Shown: piece by piece, positions 8,526 to 14,599 of the stretch
Position numbering within the stretch: position 1 is the first letter of the stretch
How the letters are laid out: every line of letters begins with the position of its first letter
Source: a virus
Taxonomy: Duplodnaviria > Heunggongvirae > Uroviricota > Caudoviricetes
IMG/VR virus record: IMGVR_UViG_2799113015_000003
Span: 64,001-80,081 of that record
Direction: 5' to 3' (one strand)
DNA: 16,081 nt
Made by a program: the position numbers and the translations under genes
Notes under the pieces: generated by a model
Told to the model about the DNA's origin: nothing
Seen by the model: the letters and a program-made list of their open reading frames with translations, nothing else
Database searches by the model: none

Positions 8526-8605
8526 GTGACAACCCATACGAAGAGTTGTCGCCGGAATGGCTGCTCTGGGAGATCTTCTCGGGAGGTGAGACGATCGATG
8601 AGTGA
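8522..8605 (+). CDS. Mini-ORF (27 aa, MSDNPYEELSPEWLLWEIFSGGETIDE)
   Basis: ATGA overlap with HIT stop; contains the GGAGG of the next gene. Confidence 0.45.
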   Translation: MSDNPYEELSPEWLLWEIFSGGETIDE

Positions 8606-8759
8606 AGTAACGGACCGGATAGACAAGATCGACCGAATGCTGTTCGACGCCAGTGTATTGGTGCTTTCGGCCAAGACCTTCGCACAGCGAAGAGCCGCCG
8701 AACTCAAGATCACAGCCGCTCGTATAGATCTGGACATACTGCGATCGAGGTTCGAATGA
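8598..8759 (+). CDS. Hypothetical phage protein (53 aa)
   Basis: ATG 8598 with GGAGG at 8582-8586; ATGA overlap downstream. Confidence 0.6.
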   Translation: MSEVTDRIDKIDRMLFDASVLVLSAKTFAQRRAAELKITAARIDLDILRSRFE

Positions 8760-9004
8760 CTGACCCTGCAATCGAAGTCGCCAAGAAGTGCTGGACGGGA
8801 TTCGCCGATGGGATGTTCACACGCAACGATCCCGAATACCTGGCACTGCTCGCCGCTGCCCGTGAGATGGCTAAGTCGGTACAGGAACTACACCGGCCAA
8901 CCTATGTGGCGCATCGACGGAAGAAGTTTTGCGTCGATTGCTGCCAAGTGTGGCCTTGCAGGACCGCCGTAAAAGTCTACCCAAGTGAGGAACTGAACAA
9001 ATGA
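8756..9004 (+). CDS. Small Cys/His (probable Zn-binding) phage protein (82 aa)
   Basis: ELHRP...FCVDCCQVWPC.T motif, a pattern common in actinophage small proteins. Confidence 0.72.
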   Translation: MTDPAIEVAKKCWTGFADGMFTRNDPEYLALLAAAREMAKSVQELHRPTYVAHRRKKFCVDCCQVWPCRTAVKVYPSEELNK

Positions 9005-9141
9005 TCAGTGAATACCGAAGCGGATACCTGGCGAGATCCGGTTCAACCTGGTATTGGGTCGGAAGTCATGCCCCGAACTGTCGGTGCACTTGCACTTGGA
9101 CACACGAGTTTCGAGACCCAAGATGCGTGGTGGCCTGGTGA
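9001..9141 (+). CDS. Small Cys/Trp-rich protein (46 aa; below track cutoff)
   Basis: MISEYRSGYLARSGSTWYWVGSHAPNCRCTCTWTHEFRDPRCVVAW; 4-nt overlaps at both ends. Confidence 0.55.
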   Translation: MISEYRSGYLARSGSTWYWVGSHAPNCRCTCTWTHEFRDPRCVVAW

Positions 9142-9281
9142 TAACAGCGCACGCATTGTTGACCCATCAATTTCAGCCTGTAAATCACGCCAGTATCGGT
9201 TCAGAGGACCACTGCGCCTGCGGGTTTCGGCCACGAGGTTGGGCGGAGTGGGTCTGGCACGTAGAGGAACTAGGACTATGA
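9138..9281 (+). CDS. Small protein (47 aa) with H...HCACG...W..H motif
   Basis: GTGA overlap upstream, ATGA overlap downstream. Confidence 0.55.
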   Translation: MITAHALLTHQFQPVNHASIGSEDHCACGFRPRGWAEWVWHVEELGL

Positions 9282-9451
9282 GTGACTGGGAAACGGAAAC
9301 TGAGGTAGATGTCATCTACCGGGTACTGGACGAAGAACGGGTTCGTGACGCATTAAATGTCGCACACAGAGTCCATTCCGCTCTCATTAAGCGTCGAATG
9401 CTGCAACTGGCTCGTGACTACACCCGTCGGGAACAGATGGGGCTCACATGA
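9278..9451 (+). CDS. Hypothetical phage protein (57 aa)
   Basis: MSDWETETEVDVIYRVLDEE...; GAGGA/AGGA upstream; ATGA overlap. Confidence 0.6.
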   Translation: MSDWETETEVDVIYRVLDEERVRDALNVAHRVHSALIKRRMLQLARDYTRREQMGLT

Positions 9452-9484
9452 CCGATCCAGCAGTACAACAGAGGAGCTAGAGCG

Positions 9485-9727
9485 ATGAGCGGACTATACG
9501 GACCATGGAGTGACATCGAAACCGGCTACGAGATCTTTGAAGATGACGGCTGGCATTGGCGGTGGGTCGAACCGGGAGAGCCCGACGATTTCAGTTCCGC
9601 ATTCGAGTTGGAATCCGACGCGTATCGGGATGCTGCCCGCGATTGGGACGAGAACGGCTGTGGTGTTCCCAAACTCACCGGGACGTTGAAAGCCCTTGCT
9701 ACTAAATTAGCAAAGGCGGGGCGATGA
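9485..9727 (+). CDS. Hypothetical acidic phage protein (80 aa)
   Basis: GAGGAG RBS upstream; ATGA overlap downstream. Confidence 0.7.
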   Translation: MSGLYGPWSDIETGYEIFEDDGWHWRWVEPGEPDDFSSAFELESDAYRDAARDWDENGCGVPKLTGTLKALATKLAKAGR

Positions 9728-9912
9728 GCGAGCTACTTGATAGGGCGCGTGAGGCGATAGCCGTGTGTATCTGTCACGGCGATAACGACAACCCGAACAT
9801 CGAAATATCCATGTCCCTGGTTTCCGAACTCATCGAGGCTGTCGAGTACTCCACGAAGGTAATCCAGGAACGAGACGAAGCGCTATGGGCGCTGGACAAG
9901 GTGACTGAATGA
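9724..9912 (+). CDS. Hypothetical phage protein (62 aa)
   Basis: ATGA overlaps on both sides. Confidence 0.65.
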   Translation: MSELLDRAREAIAVCICHGDNDNPNIEISMSLVSELIEAVEYSTKVIQERDEALWALDKVTE

Positions 9913-10094
9913 GCTGGCTGGATGAACCACCACGCGTTGACTTCACGAGCCACGGACAAATCAACCGCGTAGAACTGATCGATCACAGATCATCCTCGGA
10001 CAAGCCTGGACGGGTATTCATATCTATGGATGTTGAAACCGTGGTGGTGTCCATACAGGACGAGGGGCGGACCCTGAAGGTGTTTCTTTCATGA
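9909..10094 (+). CDS. Hypothetical phage protein (61 aa)
   Basis: RVELIDH...GRVF...VSIQDEGRTLKVF pattern; ATGA overlaps. Confidence 0.7.
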   Translation: MSWLDEPPRVDFTSHGQINRVELIDHRSSSDKPGRVFISMDVETVVVSIQDEGRTLKVFLS

Positions 10095-10255
10095 CTGACC
10101 ACCGAGGGAAGCCTGTAGCCGACTACTCCCCTAACCTCTGCGGCCACCCCAAGGCGTACTACTGCCAGGAGCGTGGCTGTATGGCCATCCTCCAATTGGG
10201 GTGCAAGCAGGGCGAGGACAACGTTCTATGCGGGGGCTATCGACGGCACCCGTAG
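10091..10255 (+). CDS. Small Cys-rich protein (54 aa; below track cutoff)
   Basis: MTDHRGKPVADYSPNLCGHPKAYYCQERGCMAILQLGCKQGEDNVLCGGYRRHP; ATGA overlap with upstream stop. Confidence 0.55.
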   Translation: MTDHRGKPVADYSPNLCGHPKAYYCQERGCMAILQLGCKQGEDNVLCGGYRRHP

Positions 10256-10258
10256 TCG

Positions 10259-10615
10259 GTGCATATACTCGAACAGGTGTTCGAGCAATGGGCAAGTAAC
10301 CCCAACTTCCCCACCCTCAAACGCGTCTACCGGCGCGTATACGTGGACATGCGCAAAGCCCTGCCAGGCTGCGTCGGCGGGTTCGTCCGCGACCGAAATC
10401 TCACCATCCGCTCAGAAGGGCTATACCTGAATGAATGGGAAATGGGCCACCAGATCGCCTGGATACGCACCCACGACCTGCACTGGATAGGGGTGGTGAA
10501 GGTAGAGGCCACCAGCTCTAACGAGATGTCTCGGGTAACGATGACTTTGTGGCTTCCGCCTGGCATGTTTCAGGTGGCCTGCCCGGAGGGTTTCAGGGCG
10601 CGATACAAGCGCTGA
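10259..10615 (+). CDS. Hypothetical protein (118 aa), last gene of the reverse operon
   Basis: Open GTG-start frame 3 nt after previous stop; FPTLKRV.R.VYV.MR.ALP / QIAWIRT..W / TMTLWLPP pattern resembles mycobacterial prophage hypotheticals (recollection, unverified). Confidence 0.7.
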   Translation: MHILEQVFEQWASNPNFPTLKRVYRRVYVDMRKALPGCVGGFVRDRNLTIRSEGLYLNEWEMGHQIAWIRTHDLHWIGVVKVEATSSNEMSRVTMTLWLPPGMFQVACPEGFRARYKR

Positions 10616-10621
10616 CCGGGA

Positions 10622-10681
10622 GCAGCTGGGCAGTGTAAGGACACAAATCGGGGGTGAATTATGTAATCGCCGCCCAGCTGC
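10622..10681. terminator. 10-bp inverted repeat between convergent operons; probable terminator or structured RNA
   Basis: GCAGCTGGGC (10622-10631) / GCCCAGCTGC (10672-10681), 40-nt interior; only a short GTTT after it on +. Confidence 0.5.
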
Positions 10682-10733
10682 GTTTCGATCGTACAGCTAC
10701 CGACTCTTGTCGGCAGGTTTAGCGTGTTCACCA

Positions 10734-11063
10734 CTATGCGGGCTTGTTGACGGGCTCAGCCTTGTACTTGAACTTGATGTCATCGCCATTCACGGACGTT
10801 GTGGTGACCACCACGGCGTACTTGGTTCCCTCATCATCCACAACAGTGCACTTTTGCGTGGCATCGACCTTGCCGTCTAGTGGACCTTCGCACTCGGCGC
10901 TCTTCAGATCGAAGTGCTGCCTCTCCTTGACGGCATCCTTCAGCCCCTGCTCAAGATTCTCCTTGGAGATCCGCTTGTAATTGCCAACATCGACGGCTAC
11001 ATGGCAGCCTGAGAGTGCGGCCATAGACAGCAGGGCCGAACCAATCATCAAGCTAGCCTTCAT
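10734..11063 (-). CDS. DUF4333-like lipoprotein (109 aa)
   Basis: Signal peptide with lipobox LSGC (Cys20); 'C.GPLDGKVDATQKC.V...G.KY.V.VT.T' two-Cys pattern typical of DUF4333; start ATG 11063 overlaps upstream stop. Confidence 0.75.
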   Translation of the reverse strand: MKASLMIGSALLSMAALSGCHVAVDVGNYKRISKENLEQGLKDAVKERQHFDLKSAECEGPLDGKVDATQKCTVVDDEGTKYAVVVTTTSVNGDDIKFKYKAEPVNKPA

Positions 11064-11508
11064 CTTCCACCACTTCCAGTGTCTGTAGGAACGAAACAAA
11101 CTCGGGCTTCACCAGATCATACTGATCATACGGCGCACTGAATAACAGCTCGATTACTAACGACCGATTGTCTGTCTTGCGCACCGCCGAATAAAGACGG
11201 TCCCCTCGTACCAGTATTCCACCCTCAATGAACTCAAGTTCTTGGCCATATTGAGATACCGGCTTGAATGAGATGTACTCAGCTCGTGACACTCTGGCGT
11301 TGAGTCGCATCGCATCGCCTTGAGCATGCTTCTCTAGATTCACAGTGGGCGATTCTGCGGTGCGTTCCCGTACGACGATTCGCGACGAGGGCAGCGTGGG
11401 CCCCCGCATGAATACCGCTACAGCCTCGGGGTCGCCACCGTCTGCCAGTGGGATGGTTATCCAGCCGCGCGGAGCGCTACCGCTCACCTGGACCCGGTAC
11501 TTCGGCAT
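11053..11508 (-). CDS. DcrB/PsbP/LpqN-like alpha-beta protein (151 aa), putative immunity or chaperone
   Basis: ATG 11508 one base after the upstream stop; 'P.GW' N-terminal strand and C-terminal 'F.A..DQYD.VKPEF..FL.TL' helix pattern of Mog1/PsbP-fold proteins; fold is inferred. Confidence 0.6.
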   Translation of the reverse strand: MPKYRVQVSGSAPRGWITIPLADGGDPEAVAVFMRGPTLPSSRIVVRERTAESPTVNLEKHAQGDAMRLNARVSRAEYISFKPVSQYGQELEFIEGGILVRGDRLYSAVRKTDNRSLVIELLFSAPYDQYDLVKPEFVSFLQTLEVVEDEG

Positions 11509-11509
11509 G

Positions 11510-13003
11510 TCAGCTGTTAACCCACTGCCAGAGCTTGCTAAGTTCACCGCCGAATTCCTTTGGATCGACAGTTATTTCGAATCCAGGCTTGACCCCAAGG
11601 CCGTACGCAAGACCCCAGCTGCCCCCGATCTTCCATTTATGGTCCGGGGTCTCGGCGAAGGTGAGGTGTGCCCCGGCCCCTGCTCCAGCCCATTCCTCTA
11701 CCGAGCCTTTGATTTGGAGTCCGTGACCTTCGTAGTCGAGGTGCTGACCCCCTCCGATTCCAACGAATCCGCCCCCACCTATCTGGACCCCATTCTCCGC
11801 TACACCCTTACCGTTGGTGTATTCCTCAGCTCCGAGCCTTCCTGCTATCCCGGCCTCTACCTTCCCACCATCGCCAAGGTCCCAGTGGATGTTGCCCTTG
11901 TTGTCGACCAGGTATACGCCAGCGTGTTGCTTTCCGGAGACCGCATCCTTCTTCACCTCCCCTTCGGCACCGGCTTTCGCTTCCAGCTGCTTGGAATTCA
12001 GTTCCCAATCCCCGCCAAATGCATGCCCCTTGCGGCCCCATTCGTTCACCTCGCCGCCCAACTCGCCAGTCTCACCCTTCGCGAGTGTGGGGCCTTTGCC
12101 GTCACCAATCTTGGTCTGATCACCGAATCTTCCGCCGACAGTCGTACCCGTGGGGGTGGTGTTTTTACCCTCAGGGGACTTGTCAACACCTTTTCCGGCC
12201 TGAGTGCCAAACTCCTTATCCTTCTTGAGCAATTCCTGCTCTGGGATCGGAAGCTCCGGCTTGCCCAGCTTGTCTTTGAGTGGCACCCCAGGCTGATCCT
12301 GCGTCTGCGGTAGCCGATTCAGGGTGTCGGTGAGGCTCCCCGCACCAGCAGGAGTGGTTGCGGCAGGGTCACCTGACAGGAGCTTCTGAATTTCATTGGG
12401 GGCAAACGCTTGTGGGTTTGTTTCCGCTACAGCTCTGCGCACCGCTGTGCGGCCATTCGCGCCAACAGCGCTCAGGTTAATCGAATCCGCGATCTGCGAC
12501 TCGGCAGAATGAATCTTTTCAGCTACACCCTGCGAAGCCGAAAACCAACTATCCACAGAGCTTTTAAGTTCATTAGCAGCTGCAGCGATTGTCTTGGTGT
12601 TCTTTTCTGCCTGCTCGTCACTCATCCCATCCGGTGGGGTATAGGTCACCGTATAGTCTTGATTAACCGTTGCGCCCTGGATCTGCCGAATGTTGTCAAC
12701 GAGTGTGTGCCCATTGCTTAAAGGCGGAACCACCTCATAAGTGACCGCTGCAGTGACCTCATTGACTAGCCCCTCCACTGTGTCATGAATGGACGCAACA
12801 GCCTTCGAGTCCTCGCCTGCTTTATCCTGAGCGGCGGTGGCCGTCTTACCCCACCAATCAGTCCCTCCGGGCGTATATACACCGGATCTATACTCGGCGT
12901 AATCAGACGCCAGTGTGCGCATTTCAGCGCCCCAGCCAGGGACATGCTCTAAATAGGAGTTGGGGTCGATCGCCATGAACTCGTCTAGTGGCGGAAGGGA
13001 CAT
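11510..13003 (-). CDS. WXG100-domain type VII secretion substrate, polymorphic-toxin-like, Gly-rich C-terminal domain (497 aa)
   Basis: W50-W-G52 in TDWWGKTATAAQ after a helical N-terminus; second helical block; Pro/Thr linker; C-terminal ~185 aa of Gly-rich beta-strand-like repeats; GAGG RBS. Confidence 0.8.
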   Translation of the reverse strand: MSLPPLDEFMAIDPNSYLEHVPGWGAEMRTLASDYAEYRSGVYTPGGTDWWGKTATAAQDKAGEDSKAVASIHDTVEGLVNEVTAAVTYEVVPPLSNGHTLVDNIRQIQGATVNQDYTVTYTPPDGMSDEQAEKNTKTIAAAANELKSSVDSWFSASQGVAEKIHSAESQIADSINLSAVGANGRTAVRRAVAETNPQAFAPNEIQKLLSGDPAATTPAGAGSLTDTLNRLPQTQDQPGVPLKDKLGKPELPIPEQELLKKDKEFGTQAGKGVDKSPEGKNTTPTGTTVGGRFGDQTKIGDGKGPTLAKGETGELGGEVNEWGRKGHAFGGDWELNSKQLEAKAGAEGEVKKDAVSGKQHAGVYLVDNKGNIHWDLGDGGKVEAGIAGRLGAEEYTNGKGVAENGVQIGGGGFVGIGGGQHLDYEGHGLQIKGSVEEWAGAGAGAHLTFAETPDHKWKIGGSWGLAYGLGVKPGFEITVDPKEFGGELSKLWQWVNS

Positions 13004-13009
13004 CGTTAC

Positions 13010-13315
13010 TCACCTCTGCCGATAGATGCTAGGAGTGTTCTTGAACGCCGTCTCCAGCTCGCTTGAATGCTGAACGAAAGCCTGGTGCGCCTCGCTTACA
13101 AGCTCCCCTATAACCCGTAACCGCCGTGAGGCAACCCGCTGCACATTGGGGATGGTCTTGGTAGTCATCGAGTTGATCGCCGCAAGGGCGGGATCGGATC
13201 CTTTAGCGCCCGTGGCAGCACTGGGGATTCTCTTGTCGATTCGATCAGCAATTGCCGAGAGTTGAGGGGCTAACTTCCCCAATGCCGCAAGATCTGCCTT
13301 CAGGACGTCGTCCAC
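13010..13315 (-). CDS. Small EspC/WXG100-like type VII secretion substrate (101 aa)
   Basis: GTG 13315 with GGGGGAGG RBS; helix-loop-helix of ~100 aa ('LKADLAALGKLA..L...A', C-terminal 'AHQAFVQHSSE'); sits 6 nt upstream of the WXG protein. Confidence 0.72.
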   Translation of the reverse strand: MDDVLKADLAALGKLAPQLSAIADRIDKRIPSAATGAKGSDPALAAINSMTTKTIPNVQRVASRRLRVIGELVSEAHQAFVQHSSELETAFKNTPSIYRQR

Positions 13316-13493
13316 AAGCGCTCGCCTCCCCCACGTGAAGTGACAGCAATCACCTTTGTTTGCCAGGCAGCGTAGCACTACAAGCTCAGTACCGAGCGGG
13401 TTGCCTACACGAGGGATGGCATCATAATCAAGATCAGTGCGAATCTGTTATCTCTCTGTGCGCACTATGAGAGCTGGGATACCGTACGGCGTT

Positions 13494-13796
13494 ATGAAGA
13501 TCTTGATCGCAGCGTGTGCCGCATTTCTGGCGTTCGCACCAACTGCCACAGCACAGCCGGATGCGGCAGGCGATGAGGACTTCGCATCGATCATGGACTA
13601 CTCGCACATCAGTCGGATCGGCCCGACGTATCTCTACTCCAAGCAGGCCAAGGAGATCTGCTACGAGTACAAGAACGGGTGGAGCACTTTGTCGGTCAGC
13701 AATGTCGTTGAAGTGAATCACCCTGAGTGGAACCGGGACACCGTCAGCCGCTTCATCAAGATCTCCATGGCTAGCTGGTGCCCTGAACTCCTATAA
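13494..13796 (+). CDS. Secreted DUF732-like protein (100 aa)
   Basis: Signal peptide MKILIAACAAFLAFAPTATA, 'D..F', 'AKEIC' and C-terminal 'F...S.A.WCP' two-Cys pattern of DUF732; start could be 13467 or 13437. Confidence 0.75.
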   Translation: MKILIAACAAFLAFAPTATAQPDAAGDEDFASIMDYSHISRIGPTYLYSKQAKEICYEYKNGWSTLSVSNVVEVNHPEWNRDTVSRFIKISMASWCPELL

Positions 13797-13833
13797 GTAG
13801 ACCGCCTACACAGCGACGAGGTACCCTCAGGTC

Positions 13834-14196
13834 ATGGCTGCATCGCCAATTGAAATATTGATCATCCGACAGGATGAGTCCTACCAAATAGATAAAGTCC
13901 CCAACGACATCAAACGCCTCAGCCATCTTGTTGGCGGTCACCTACAGGCTAAGAACACCCCTACTGCGACCTTCTGGTTTAACAGCCACAGCAAGCGCGA
14001 AAAACTACCGATCAACCATGCGGCCACCTACCTGTGGTGGAAATTAGATCCGGCTTCTGAATCTCGAGACACAATCAACGGCCCGTGTGTCGTTACTGGG
14101 CCAGCAAACGACGTCCAGGAAGCCACCGATATTTATCCAGATGTGCTAGACCTTCACACAACCATCGACCTGGTGCGTGAGGAAGTACGCCCCTAG
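13834..14196 (+). CDS. DUF3846-like protein (120 aa)
   Basis: 'LVGG.LQ', 'N...K...LP.N..AT..W', 'D.I.GP.VVTG' pattern. Confidence 0.75.
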   Translation: MAASPIEILIIRQDESYQIDKVPNDIKRLSHLVGGHLQAKNTPTATFWFNSHSKREKLPINHAATYLWWKLDPASESRDTINGPCVVTGPANDVQEATDIYPDVLDLHTTIDLVREEVRP

Positions 14197-14429
14197 CGCA
14201 AACCCAGCTCGTGTAGCAGGGCCACCTCGTCATTGAATGGGGTGGCCCTTTGTTTTTGGCGCTCGAGCACCACACACTCCCCCTTCGCGCCGATGCTGTA
14301 GCGCTGGTAGCGACGGACAGGGGTATCCAGTGGCTCACCCTTGCGCCAGCGACGGTAATGGGTCATGCACATGTCCCGGACTACCGTGTCCCGGCCACAG
14401 TCTTGATTGGGCCCGTGCAAACAGGGCAT
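14193..14429 (-). CDS. Small Cys/His protein (78 aa), predicted first gene after cos
   Basis: AGGAG RBS; C...C...DMC.THY.RWR motif; stop codon shares the CTAG palindrome with the stop of the convergent gene. Confidence 0.7.
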   Translation of the reverse strand: MPCLHGPNQDCGRDTVVRDMCMTHYRRWRKGEPLDTPVRRYQRYSIGAKGECVVLERQKQRATPFNDEVALLHELGLR

Positions 14430-14487
14430 AGCGAACTCCTAGATTAGGTGCGAACAGCTGTTTTCGAGCACTTTGCTGGGCATTTCT

Positions 14488-14496
14488 AGTTTACCA
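14488..14496 (-). promoter_or_regulatory. Candidate extended -10 promoter (TGG-TAAACT) upstream of the 78-aa gene
   Basis: Minus strand cgcTGGTAAACTagaa in an AT-rich patch ~60 nt before the start codon. Confidence 0.3.
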
Positions 14497-14551
14497 GCGA
14501 ATTGAAAATGAAAGACACGAGCCAAATCCACCCGGGGAGAGGGATGCTGAT

Positions 14552-14562
14552 TTGCAAGAGGT
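14552..14562 (-). other. Candidate cos site, 11-nt 3' overhang ACCTCTTGCAA
   Basis: One mismatch from the Cluster M overhang I recall (ACCTCCTGCAA; unverified); flanked by inverted CTGA/TCAG one base outside each end; lies in a non-coding stretch. Confidence 0.55.
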
Positions 14563-14599
14563 GTCAGGACGCTGCCGCACTCGGGGTACTCCCCCAGGC

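Noticed and set aside
8749-8757. GGTTCGAAT T-loop-like motif (tRNA?)
   Set aside because: Inside coding sequence at a gene junction; no acceptor, D or anticodon stems found. No tRNA supported in this window.
10611-10690. Hammerhead or tRNA-like identity for the three-stem element
   Set aside because: No CUGANGA/GAAA core on either strand and no cloverleaf loops.
11345-12313. 322-aa + strand ORF opposite the effector
   Set aside because: Antisense to Gly/Lys/Glu-rich codons, which suppress stops; Leu/Pro/Phe-rich with no RBS. Real overprinting cannot be fully excluded without Ribo-seq.
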